Assembly: GCA_050294405.1 (NCBI GenBank)
Contig: JBNKOC010000016.1
Coordinates: 288,001-352,000, forward strand
Source of the DNA: Fibrobacteria bacterium
GTDB taxonomy: Bacteria; Fibrobacterota; Fibrobacteria; UBA11236; JADFYW01
Length of the DNA stretch: 64,000 nucleotides
Direction: 5' to 3'
Within the stretch, counting starts at the first letter, position 1; each line of letters starts with the position of its first letter. This document shows, in pieces, positions 10,435 to 20,008 of this stretch. A program made the translations under genes and the position numbers. Below the pieces are notes generated by a model. The model ran no database searches. It had not been told where the DNA came from and saw only the letters and a list, made by a program, of their open reading frames with translations.

Positions 10435-12651
10435 TTATTTTAGGAAATTAAGTTTTCCCCGTAAGCTTTTGTTGTTTACATCCATAAAAATGTAAGTGTA
10501 AGCCCCTTGGCTTAAGTTCTCCATTTTGCTTTGACTCCAGCTTTGGCTGTTTGAATTGTAGCTGGATTGGAATACTTCCTTACCGTTTAGATTGTATACC
10601 CTAATTACGCCGGATTCCAATTGGCCATGGGGTAAGAGTTCAACGGAATTGGGTAAAATATTAAAACGCATAGCATATTTTGGGATGCTATTTTGTTTAA
10701 CACCAATAATTTCGATTGGATTGTATGCCTCTGCGGCTTCAGGTAAATAATCTGGTGTGCAAGGTCTGGTTCCGGCAGTGTTGATACCGGCATCCTGCCT
10801 AGCGGAGGTGATGTATTCATCTTCATTGTCAAAGCTACTCCAAAGGGCCGTTTCACCGTTAACATTGGGGGATTCGGCTAAAGTTACCAAAGCTTCCAAG
10901 CGGACATGGGGGTGATCGTCATTTACAGCACATTCGTCCACAATAGCTTGTGCGGAAGCGGCGGTTCTGGGCATGGCACGTAACACATTACGACGGGTTG
11001 CCCAAGCGGGGTGTTTTAACAATTCCTGTAATTTAGGCATCCAACGAGAAGAGTTATCTTCAAGTTCTCCCAAACCTTCCAGCACCCAGATGGCATGAGT
11101 AACAATGGGGTCGTTTTCCATATCATCCACGAAGCGTCCATTATCCAGAATATCTTCCAAATGATTTAAAAGCGCATCGTTTGCTCCGCCATATATTAAA
11201 TGCCTTTGGGCTAATAATCTCCAGTTAAAATTGCTGTGGCCTAAAGCTGCAATTAACTGGTCTTGGGTTTCCATTGGGGGATAGGCATCCACAGTTCCAT
11301 CCTCTGGAATAATGCGATATAAATGAGATTTGGTCTTAGTGCGTAGTTCATTAACCCAAGCAAAGGTTCCCTGAATTTGGGGTTGAGCTGGGTTGTGTAA
11401 AAATAAATAGTTATACCAGTCTACCACCCATAGTCCTCCATCAGGGCCAGTTTTAACCCTTAAAGGAGCAAACCATGCATCTGTGGAACCAATTATCCGT
11501 GAGGCAGCCTGTGTGCGGGGGGTAACATTCCATGTGCTTCCATCCACTTCCAAATCATCCTGGCGGCAATGTTTAGTGGCTCCTTCACATACATACAGAC
11601 GGTTGTTAAATTCGGGAGGAAGTAATCGGGCTGTGTAAAAATCATGCCCGGAAACTGCGGTGTGAACAGAGGGGCCGGAAGAGGAACCTTCCCATAAATA
11701 CAAATCAGTAGTAGGAGGATAAAAGGAAGCATATTGTTGAACTAATTTAATGGCATCTTCACCTTGGCGAATGGAGTGCTGGCTGTACCAACTGGTGGTA
11801 GCTGATGACTGAAAGATTTCGCCGTTTTCCATTTGTCCAACACCATAAGCATTTGGAACTCCACCGGTCCAGATTTCAAATTTTGTTTGTCTATTGCCGA
11901 TTTTAGTATGTTGAAATCTCCAAACTTTGCCACCACTGCAATCCACACCGTTAACATTACACCCTGCCCAACCGGTTATGCCGTAAACCCAGTTGTCCAA
12001 GCTATACATTAAGCTGCTCATTTGGCTGTGGGTGTCAAAGCTGGTGGAATTGGCTCCACCACCGGAAAATAAGACCTCAGGTGTTCCACCCACATCATTG
12101 TTGTTGGGGATAAAAAAGATTTGAGGGTGAGCGGTAACTACCACACCGCCTTTTACTATGGCAATGCTGTTTGGAACAGTAAGCCCTTTATAAAATTCTT
12201 TAAAGCTGTCCATGGCTCCATCACCATCAGTGTCTTCGAAAATTAATATCCGGCCTTTTCCGCCAGCGGCTTTGTCTGCCGCAATTGGCCCTGGGTAATC
12301 ACGTGTGTCCAGCGCCCAAACACGGCCTCTTTCATCAAAATCAAAGTTTTGAAAATAGGCCAGTCCTTCACCTTCACCGGGAGTCAAATGGGAGGCTATA
12401 ATTTCAGCCTTTAGGCCTTGCGGCACAGACAAACAATTAATGGAGCCTTGTGGGTCCAGAGAATTTTGAAGAGTCCCGGGAGGGAATAAATTTGTGGGTT
12501 GAGGCTGTGTAGGAAATTGGTCCCATTCATCTTGAGGAGGAGCGTTGTAACGAGTGAGCTCCGGGCAATTACCATTACTTGCAATAGGCTGACTCCAGGT
12601 TATTCCAGCCATGGCTATGAAAGCACTAAAAACCAATCCAATCCGAACCAT
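10435..12651 (-). CDS. Secreted PVC-type membrane-bound-dehydrogenase-like beta-propeller with HEAT-like repeats and T9SS-like tail (paralog 1)
   Basis: FDERGRVW, GRILIFEDTDGDG, DTH, LDNWVYG, TGPDGGLWVVDWYN; no CxxCH; start at 12651 with RBS ggag. Confidence 0.75.
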   Translation of the reverse strand: MVRIGLVFSAFIAMAGITWSQPIASNGNCPELTRYNAPPQDEWDQFPTQPQPTNLFPPGTLQNSLDPQGSINCLSVPQGLKAEIIASHLTPGEGEGLAYFQNFDFDERGRVWALDTRDYPGPIAADKAAGGKGRILIFEDTDGDGAMDSFKEFYKGLTVPNSIAIVKGGVVVTAHPQIFFIPNNNDVGGTPEVLFSGGGANSTSFDTHSQMSSLMYSLDNWVYGITGWAGCNVNGVDCSGGKVWRFQHTKIGNRQTKFEIWTGGVPNAYGVGQMENGEIFQSSATTSWYSQHSIRQGEDAIKLVQQYASFYPPTTDLYLWEGSSSGPSVHTAVSGHDFYTARLLPPEFNNRLYVCEGATKHCRQDDLEVDGSTWNVTPRTQAASRIIGSTDAWFAPLRVKTGPDGGLWVVDWYNYLFLHNPAQPQIQGTFAWVNELRTKTKSHLYRIIPEDGTVDAYPPMETQDQLIAALGHSNFNWRLLAQRHLIYGGANDALLNHLEDILDNGRFVDDMENDPIVTHAIWVLEGLGELEDNSSRWMPKLQELLKHPAWATRRNVLRAMPRTAASAQAIVDECAVNDDHPHVRLEALVTLAESPNVNGETALWSSFDNEDEYITSARQDAGINTAGTRPCTPDYLPEAAEAYNPIEIIGVKQNSIPKYAMRFNILPNSVELLPHGQLESGVIRVYNLNGKEVFQSSYNSNSQSWSQSKMENLSQGAYTYIFMDVNNKSLRGKLNFLK

Positions 12652-12878
12652 TCTTGTATCTCCTTGATTATTGGCTTTGCCCAAAATAGCCAATAGGTTA
12701 AATCCCCTTAAAACAGGCAAAAGGCAAAACCAATCTAAAACAGGCTAATTCAGCCAATTAGCGATGGCGATTTTACCCCCCCGAGTGCATCTGCCTCTAA
12801 GATAGGTAAAAAAATCCAAACAGGCCCTTAATTTTTTAGCACAAATACAAGTTTTTTAGAAACTTTTGGATAACGGAC

Positions 12879-12912
12879 AAAAAAAAAGCCGCTTTATTCA
12901 AGCGGCTTTTTT
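12879..12912 (-). terminator. Intrinsic terminator after paralog 2
   Basis: aaaaaagccgct-ttattca-agcggctttttt. Confidence 0.82.
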
Positions 12913-12928
12913 CTTAAAGAGTTAAAAA

Positions 12929-15148
12929 CTATTTCAAAACATTCAGGCGACCAGAAAGCTGGCTTCCTTTGGAATCTTTGAAAACATAGGTGTAGGCACC
13001 TTGATTAAGTCCCTTAATTTTGCTGTTAGACCAGCTTCTGGCTTCAGAGTCATAACTGGATTGAAAAACTTCTTTACCAGAAATATTGTAAAGATGAATC
13101 TTTCCACTGTTCAGCTGGCCATGTGGCAACAATTCAATGTAATCTGAAAACTGATTGAATTGCAATTTGTAGCTGGCGATAGCTGGACCTGCGGAATTTA
13201 TAGATAGGCTGAACATTTCGCCTTCGGCATCGTAATCAGGTGTGCAGGGACGGGACTGTGATGTTCCCACACCAGCTCCTTGGCGTGCTGAAGTGATGTA
13301 ATTGTCCACTCCATCAAAGGTGGTCCACAAGGCAGTTTCTCCACTTACATTGGGTGACTCTTCCAAAGCGACCATAGCTTGTAAGCGAACGTGGCCATGG
13401 TCATCGTTAACCGCACATTCGTCCACAATAGCCTGGGAAGTGGCGCTAGTTCTAGGCATAGCCATTAGAACATTACGACGGGTAGCCCAAGCGGGGTGTT
13501 TTAACAGAGCTTGCATTTTGGGTCCCCAACGGCTTGGATTGTCTTCCAATTCGCCAAGACCTTCTAATACCCAAACCGCATGAGTCACAATGGGATCATT
13601 ATCCATTTCATCCACATAACGGCTGTTATCTAAGATCATTTCCAATGTGTCCAGTAAACCAGCGTTAGCTCCGCCATAAATTAGCTTTCTTTGGGCCAAA
13701 AGTCTCCAGGTGAAGTTGCTGTGACCTAAAGCAGCCAAAGTTTGTTGTTGGTTATCCAACGCAGGGTAAGGATCTACGTTTCCATCTTCAGGAATAATGC
13801 GATAGATATGAGATTTTTCTTTTTGACGTAATTCATTTCTCCACGCCCCTGTTTGTCCAAGACCAGGGGAAGCAGGATTATGCAAAAAGAGATAGTTGTA
13901 CCAATCCACAACCCATAGCCCGCCATCGGGACCTGTTCTTACTTTTAATGGAGCAAACCATGCATCGGTAGAACCGATAATACGCGAAGCGGCCTGAGTT
14001 CTTTGGTTCACTTTCCAGGTACTTCCAGTTTGGCCGCCACCAGAGCTTACTTCCAGGTCGTCCTGACGGCAATGTTTAGTAGCTCCTTCACAAACATATA
14101 GCCTTTTATTGTATTCCAAAGGAAGCAAACGGGCCGTATAAAAGTCGTGGCCGGAAACTGCTGTGTGAACGGAAGTTCCATTATTTCCACCTTCCCAAAG
14201 ATACAAGTCGTTTGTGGGAGGGTAAAAATCGGCACGGTTAGGAACAAGACCAATGGAAGATTGACCTCTGCGAATAGAGTGGCTGCTGTAAATGGAAACA
14301 GTCGCTGCGGATTGGAAAATTTCTCCATTTTCCATTTGACCAATTCCAGCGGCATTTGCAGGTCCGGTGGTCCAAACCTGGAAGGCGTTTTCGGAATGGC
14401 CGATTTTTGTGTGTCTAAAGCGCCATACACGTCCGCCACCACAATTGGTGCCGTTGTAATTACATCCGTTATAGCCTGTTTGTCCGTAAATCCAGTTGTC
14501 CAAGCTATACATAAGACTGTTTAACTGACCGTGGGTATCAAATCCTGTGGTGTTGGGATCGCCAGTGGAAAAAAGCACTTCGGGAGTGCCGCCAACGTCG
14601 TTGTTGTTGGGGATAAAGAAAATTTGGGGAGTAGCGGTTACGACCACGCCGCCTTTTACCAAGGCCAAGCTAGTGGGGATAACCAACCCCTTGTAGAATT
14701 CTTTAAAGTTATCCATGGCGCCGTCACCATCGGTGTCTTCGAAAATTAATATTCTTCCCTGGCCACCGGTTGCTTTGTTCTGGGCAATTGGATAGGGGTA
14801 ATCGCGAACGTCCAAGGCCCAAACACGGCCCCTTTCGTCAAAGGTAAAATACTGCAAATAGGCCATGCCTTCACCGTCCCCGGGTGTAAGATGAGACGCC
14901 ACGATTTGCGCTTTCAAACCGCTAGGTACGGACAGGCAGTTGATTGATTCTTGAGGATCCAAAGAGTTTTGAATGGTTCCCCAGGTATTTCTATCTGCTG
15001 GTTTAATTGGAAATTGTAACCAATCGTCCTCTTGTGGTGCATCGTAACGAGTCAACTGAGGGCAATTGCCGGTTTTTTCTATAGGCTGTCCCCAAATAAC
15101 TCCTGTTATTAATAATACAGCCCAAAAAGCCATGCTTTTGCGAATCAT
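12929..15148 (-). CDS. Secreted PVC-type dehydrogenase-like beta-propeller with T9SS-like tail (paralog 2)
   Basis: Same motifs as, and collinear over its full length with, 10435..12651; signal peptide; RBS aaggag. Confidence 0.75.
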   Translation of the reverse strand: MIRKSMAFWAVLLITGVIWGQPIEKTGNCPQLTRYDAPQEDDWLQFPIKPADRNTWGTIQNSLDPQESINCLSVPSGLKAQIVASHLTPGDGEGMAYLQYFTFDERGRVWALDVRDYPYPIAQNKATGGQGRILIFEDTDGDGAMDNFKEFYKGLVIPTSLALVKGGVVVTATPQIFFIPNNNDVGGTPEVLFSTGDPNTTGFDTHGQLNSLMYSLDNWIYGQTGYNGCNYNGTNCGGGRVWRFRHTKIGHSENAFQVWTTGPANAAGIGQMENGEIFQSAATVSIYSSHSIRRGQSSIGLVPNRADFYPPTNDLYLWEGGNNGTSVHTAVSGHDFYTARLLPLEYNKRLYVCEGATKHCRQDDLEVSSGGGQTGSTWKVNQRTQAASRIIGSTDAWFAPLKVRTGPDGGLWVVDWYNYLFLHNPASPGLGQTGAWRNELRQKEKSHIYRIIPEDGNVDPYPALDNQQQTLAALGHSNFTWRLLAQRKLIYGGANAGLLDTLEMILDNSRYVDEMDNDPIVTHAVWVLEGLGELEDNPSRWGPKMQALLKHPAWATRRNVLMAMPRTSATSQAIVDECAVNDDHGHVRLQAMVALEESPNVSGETALWTTFDGVDNYITSARQGAGVGTSQSRPCTPDYDAEGEMFSLSINSAGPAIASYKLQFNQFSDYIELLPHGQLNSGKIHLYNISGKEVFQSSYDSEARSWSNSKIKGLNQGAYTYVFKDSKGSQLSGRLNVLK

Positions 15149-15215
15149 TTTTTTATCTCCTTATTTTGGACGTGCTTTTGATGCACGCATTTTAATTCCC
15201 CTTAATATAAGGTGG

Positions 15216-15232
15216 AAGCAAACATTAAGCCA
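15216..15232 (-). promoter_or_regulatory. Possible sigma54 (-24/-12) promoter for paralog 2
   Basis: Minus strand TGGCTTAATGTTTGCTT has GG-N10-GC spacing; a sigma70-like TATATT just downstream is an alternative reading. Confidence 0.4.
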
Positions 15233-15541
15233 TTCAAAATTTTGGAAATTTAAGGACAGAAAGGCAACCGAAAGCCAAAAAGTTTATTTAATATACACAT
15301 GAGTAAACAGTTTTTTCCCCACAAAATTCAAACTTTGGAGCCCTTCCAAATTTGCTAAAAAAGCCTTATGGCGGAGCTTTGAATAAACCTGTCAATTCAC
15401 TAATTAGAGAACAATTTTGGAAAAAGCCTATCGCGAAAATCCAAATTTATTGCCATTTTAATAAGGAAACAGGATTGAAATATTAGCTAAAAATTTAAGG
15501 GCAGATTTTTCAGCCCTTCTTATCTTTGGAATTGAGGAAAA

Positions 15542-16141
15542 TTGTTTAATAATACCGGTCAGAAGGGGACTGTTCCTTTGGAGCAATGGGGCGGATTAAA
15601 GAATCTGGTTGGTAAAAATTGGCCAAGCTCCAAACTATCTCTCCCAATACTCTTAGCTTTTGGGCTGGGCCTGCAAAACTGCCTTTTGGACAAAGGTCCT
15701 GCAAAAAGCGAGTTTAACAATCCGGATGGCCTTAAAATAAACGAGATCCTGGCCCAAAGTGATACAGAGGACGATTGGCTGGAACTTTATGCGGCAGGCA
15801 AGTCTGATGTAAATCTTGAGCAATACACTTTGGCGGATGGAAAAAGTGGGCGAATACCGGCTGAGCTTCCAGATATTGTACTGAGCTCTGGGGATTTTAT
15901 CCGAATATTGGCTGTGGATACTCCCTATACAGGGGCCGAATATTATGTTCCCTTCAAGTTAGGCAAAAAGGATGAGCTTAAACTTTTTTACCAGGGGGAT
16001 CTGGCAGATGAAGTAAAATGGGACGAAAATGTTTGGGTTAATGGGAACTCACTGGGACGTTCCCCGGATGGTAGTGATAATTTCGTATCCATGTTACCAA
16101 GCCCGGAAAGTAAAAATAACATTCCTTTGGAAAGCGACTAA
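15542..16141 (+). CDS. Lamin-tail-domain (LTD) protein, probable lipoprotein
   Basis: LKINEILA...DWLELY...FKL...SLGRSPDG...PSP LTD pattern; lipobox-like LQNC; start uncertain. Confidence 0.75.
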   Translation: MFNNTGQKGTVPLEQWGGLKNLVGKNWPSSKLSLPILLAFGLGLQNCLLDKGPAKSEFNNPDGLKINEILAQSDTEDDWLELYAAGKSDVNLEQYTLADGKSGRIPAELPDIVLSSGDFIRILAVDTPYTGAEYYVPFKLGKKDELKLFYQGDLADEVKWDENVWVNGNSLGRSPDGSDNFVSMLPSPESKNNIPLESD

Positions 16142-16146
16142 TATAC

Positions 16147-16830
16147 ATGCTGGATTATCTCACCTTACAAACAAGTTCCGCCAATCCCACCTTAATTATG
16201 GTGGTGTATGCCATTTTCTTGTCTTTTATTTTAAGCGCTGCCATCGCCATAACCTACGAAAAGACTTTTAAAGGGTTATCTTACTCCAGGAATTTTGTTC
16301 AGGCTCTGGTTTTGGGAGCCATTGTGGCTGCAACTATTATGCAGGCTATTGGAGACAGTCTGGCCAGGGGTTTGGCTATGATTGGAGCTTTGGCAATTAT
16401 TCGCTTCCGGACAAATTTTAGAGATCCTAAAGATATAATCTTTATGTTTGCAGCTCTGGGAGCGGGTATTTCATGCGGTGTATACGGGTATAGCGCAGGA
16501 ACTGTGGGAACAATTGCTTTTTGCGGGGCGGCTTTTTTACTTAGTAAATCACCCTTTGGCCGCGCCCGTTCCTTTGATGGTATGTTGCGATTTAATATTG
16601 AACATTTGCCAGAGGCAAAACAAAAGCTGGAAAAAATATTAACGGAATCCTGCCAAAATTTCGCCCTTATTTCTTTGAGGGAATTGGCGCAGGGAAATCG
16701 ACTGGATCACTCTTACCATATTAAACTTAAACCCAAAGTTGATGAAGCCAAATTTGTGGAAAATGTTCAAACCATACCCAGCATAAAAGGGGTGAACTTC
16801 CTGCTTCAGGACGCCACCATTGAATTGTAG
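16147..16830 (+). CDS. DUF4956 family membrane protein
   Basis: GALAIIRFRT, KDIIFMF; several TM helices plus a C-terminal soluble domain. Confidence 0.88.
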   Translation: MLDYLTLQTSSANPTLIMVVYAIFLSFILSAAIAITYEKTFKGLSYSRNFVQALVLGAIVAATIMQAIGDSLARGLAMIGALAIIRFRTNFRDPKDIIFMFAALGAGISCGVYGYSAGTVGTIAFCGAAFLLSKSPFGRARSFDGMLRFNIEHLPEAKQKLEKILTESCQNFALISLRELAQGNRLDHSYHIKLKPKVDEAKFVENVQTIPSIKGVNFLLQDATIEL

Positions 16831-16839
16831 GGAACAAAC

Positions 16840-17910
16840 ATGAAGGCTTTTTATTTTGTATTGATTTTAACAATCCTGGCTGTGATGTCTATAACGGTTT
16901 ACTTCAAAAACAAGGCCAGTATATTTTTTGGTATCGCAGAAAGCAGAGAAATAGCGATAAATTCTGAAAATGCGGTTGAGGTCGGGGAAATTTATGTGGG
17001 ACAGGGCCAAGCAATAGAAGTAGGAGATCCTTTGATAAAGTTGATCAATCCTGAACTCAGTCTGAAAATAAATAATATTTCCCATGAGCTTGATGAACTA
17101 AAGGCGCAAAATGATCTCAATACAGGCAGCCTGCAATATAAGTTAAACCAACTTAAAGCCGAAAAAGCCGCCCGGGAAGATGAGTTTCAAACCCAAATTA
17201 GGGAGCTGGGGGCGCAATACGAACTCAATAAAAAACTGACTTCAAAATTAAAAAGCATTGATACCCTTAAAAAAAATGGGGAGGATAACAATCCAATAAA
17301 CCCAATTCAATTAAAAATCCAAAATTTAAAAAATGAAATGGACCACTCTTTGCGGCAAATTCAAATGCAAATTGATGAGCTAAAATCGGGAATGTCTAAA
17401 GATGAAAATCCCCTGGGCATCAAGATAAATAGTTTGGAGCAGGAATTGGCCTTGTTAAAAGAGGATGAAATTAAACTTAAAATTACAAGTCCAATAAAAG
17501 GGGTAATAGGTTCGGTAAACTATAAACAAGGAGAAAAAGTCTCTCCATTTACCACTTTGCTTACATTGCACAATAAAGCTCCATCATATATCAAAGGCTA
17601 CATACATGAAAAAATATATAGCAAAGTGCAAAATGGGCAGAGTGTTAAAGTTTTCTCCACGAGTGGGAAATCAAACTATGTCAAAGGTGAAATTGTGGGT
17701 GTTGGAAGCCGTATAGTGGAATACCCAATTCGATTGCGCAAAAGACAAGATATACAAATTTGGGGACGGGAAGTTGTTATAAAAATTCCCGAAGAGAACA
17801 GCTTTTTGCTTGGTGAAAAGGTTATGATAGAACCAGAGCTCAACCCATTTAAAAGCTTTTCCCAGTCCGGCGATACATCAGGCGTTTCAGTTCAGGCCTC
17901 AAGTCCATGA
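16840..17910 (+). CDS. HlyD-family periplasmic adaptor (membrane fusion protein)
   Basis: N-terminal TM; lipoyl half-motifs IYVGQGQAIEVGDPL and ITSPIKGVIGSVNYKQGEKV flanking a long coiled coil. Confidence 0.85.
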   Translation: MKAFYFVLILTILAVMSITVYFKNKASIFFGIAESREIAINSENAVEVGEIYVGQGQAIEVGDPLIKLINPELSLKINNISHELDELKAQNDLNTGSLQYKLNQLKAEKAAREDEFQTQIRELGAQYELNKKLTSKLKSIDTLKKNGEDNNPINPIQLKIQNLKNEMDHSLRQIQMQIDELKSGMSKDENPLGIKINSLEQELALLKEDEIKLKITSPIKGVIGSVNYKQGEKVSPFTTLLTLHNKAPSYIKGYIHEKIYSKVQNGQSVKVFSTSGKSNYVKGEIVGVGSRIVEYPIRLRKRQDIQIWGREVVIKIPEENSFLLGEKVMIEPELNPFKSFSQSGDTSGVSVQASSP

Positions 17911-19187
17911 AAATTACATTTGTTGTTTTGGGATTTTGGGCAATGTATGGAGTGTGCCTGGCGGAAGGTTTAAATGTTAAGATCTCCGATTTTTTGGCTA
18001 CAGCTAAGAAGGATTATGTTATAGAATACCAGGAAAAGAAGGTGGATGCCTTATCCAAATCAGGAACACCTAGCAGCCCAATCGAGGAAATGGAACTGAG
18101 ATATGATAATGAGGGTTTCGCTCGGCATAAATATTCCTTGCGTTTTTCCCCTTTTTCCATTAGAGAATGGAAAGCCAGGAAAAATGTGGCTCTTTCAGAA
18201 TTAAAGTATAACGAAACAAAATCCTCTATGTTGTTAAATCGAGCCCTGCGCAGCAGATACAATCTTATTATCGACCATTTGTACCAAACGCAAAAATTGA
18301 GTTTTGTAAAAGAACTGCATACCCTTTTCCAAGACAGGATCAATGTACTGGCGGAAAAGAGCGCTCAGTTGGACTTCGATTTTAATGACTTAATGGAAGC
18401 GGAAGAGGATTTCACAAAAACCAAAGACGAATTGATTGAAACAGAGTTTAAAATAAAATCTCTGGAAAGAAAAATAGAACAATACATCAGTGCCGGAGAT
18501 AGCCTGCATTTTGATTCCGCGGGGTTAATTGAAGTGGAAACCCTAAAAAAGGAAATAAATTCGAATTTGTTTGTATTAGATACTAATAACTTGTATCTGA
18601 CCACCCAGCGACTTGATTTGGAAAATTCCCACAAAAAACTGGATTTGGAAAAAGCCGAAACAAACAAGCTATTTAATTTTTTGGAGTTGTCGTATGATCA
18701 CGGAGAAATGGAGGATCAAATTCAGGACAGGAGAGAAGGAAAGGCGTATGATCTCAACCGTTCTCTTTCTTTTCAGTTGGGTTTTAACATCCCATTTGTG
18801 AATCAGGACAAACTTTCCATAAACAGAAGGCAGCTAAATTATTTGGCAGAAAAAGGCCGTTATGAAGATTTAAAGTCTGAATTAAACCAGGAAATTAGAA
18901 ACTTACAAGAAGAAATCCGGCGGGACTTAAAGCGCATTGAGCTTTTGGAAATGCGGGAAAAGGAACTGAACAGCGAAGGTTCGTTAAAAACCTATTTGCA
19001 GGTTGAGGGAATAGATCCTTTGATATTACTAAGAACCAGGGAAGCATCCATTAAAAGTAACATGAGAAAATCAGAGGCGCGTTTTGAAATCTATAAATCG
19101 TACATAAAGTTGATGGATATTACCGGGAAGCTTTCCGAAACACCGCTGAAAAATTATTTATCCGATAATTTTGAAGTTATAAATTAG
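17907..19187 (+). CDS. TolC-like outer-membrane efflux protein
   Basis: Signal peptide, duplicated coiled-coil/beta-hairpin layout, SFQLGFNIPF motif; ATGA overlap with the HlyD gene. Confidence 0.65.
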   Translation: MKITFVVLGFWAMYGVCLAEGLNVKISDFLATAKKDYVIEYQEKKVDALSKSGTPSSPIEEMELRYDNEGFARHKYSLRFSPFSIREWKARKNVALSELKYNETKSSMLLNRALRSRYNLIIDHLYQTQKLSFVKELHTLFQDRINVLAEKSAQLDFDFNDLMEAEEDFTKTKDELIETEFKIKSLERKIEQYISAGDSLHFDSAGLIEVETLKKEINSNLFVLDTNNLYLTTQRLDLENSHKKLDLEKAETNKLFNFLELSYDHGEMEDQIQDRREGKAYDLNRSLSFQLGFNIPFVNQDKLSINRRQLNYLAEKGRYEDLKSELNQEIRNLQEEIRRDLKRIELLEMREKELNSEGSLKTYLQVEGIDPLILLRTREASIKSNMRKSEARFEIYKSYIKLMDITGKLSETPLKNYLSDNFEVIN

Positions 19188-19189
19188 AA

Positions 19190-19987
19190 ATGGCTGAGCA
19201 AAAAACTCCAACCAGCCTTGAGCGCTTTGAAATAAAGTTTATCATTCCTAAATATTTAGTAGAGCCCATTTCAGATTATTTGGAAGTGTATTGCGAAATG
19301 GATGATTACTCCGCAAAAAGCCCCGATAAATTTTATACCGTCAATAACTTGTATTTTGATACATCTCAATTCATGTTTTTAAAAAACAGGCTAGACGATA
19401 CAGGAAACCGATTTAATTTGAGGGTTCGTTCCTATGGAAATGAATCAGGCCCGCCCTATTTTTTTGAAATCAAGCAAAAGGTGTCTGGTTATTTGCGAAA
19501 GTACCGAGGTTTTGTGAATGGAGAGGATTGGCCGGCTTACTTAGGAGAAAGTGTTGTTTCAGATGATAAGTATTTATCGGATAATAAAAATATTCGTTTA
19601 TTTCAGCGCATGGTTTATAGCTATGGAGCCACTCCAAAAATCTTGACTCAATATCGGCGTAAGGCATATGCATCCCTGGTAGATAGTTATGCCAGGGCAA
19701 CCTTTGACATTGATTTGCGATACATGGAACAGAGAGAGTATGAATTATTTCCAGTGGATGCAAAAATGACCCATTACGATCACAGCAATAGCTTTGAGCC
19801 CGAGTGTGAAGTGGTATTGGAATTGAAATGTTTTACCAACTATGTTCCCCTGTGGATGATTGATTTGGTACGCCATTTCAATTTAAAAACCAGAGGTTTT
19901 TCAAAATACGCCAGCGGGATTCTGGATCATTTGGGATATTGGAATTCTGGTTGGTCAAATCGACTTCCCGCAGAAAGCTGGGTTTAG
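19190..19987 (+). CDS. VTC-domain (polyphosphate polymerase-like, CYTH/TTM superfamily) protein
   Basis: RFEIKF, NLYFDT, RFNLRVRSY, FEIKQK, YRRKAY, RATFD, VLELK, FSKY. Confidence 0.9.
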   Translation: MAEQKTPTSLERFEIKFIIPKYLVEPISDYLEVYCEMDDYSAKSPDKFYTVNNLYFDTSQFMFLKNRLDDTGNRFNLRVRSYGNESGPPYFFEIKQKVSGYLRKYRGFVNGEDWPAYLGESVVSDDKYLSDNKNIRLFQRMVYSYGATPKILTQYRRKAYASLVDSYARATFDIDLRYMEQREYELFPVDAKMTHYDHSNSFEPECEVVLELKCFTNYVPLWMIDLVRHFNLKTRGFSKYASGILDHLGYWNSGWSNRLPAESWV

Positions 19988-20008
19988 AAAACACAGCAAA
20001 ACGCAATG

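Noticed and set aside
15389..15407. Pho box upstream of the VTC operon (ctgtcaa...)
   Set aside because: Only one half-site; the position 11 bp downstream does not match
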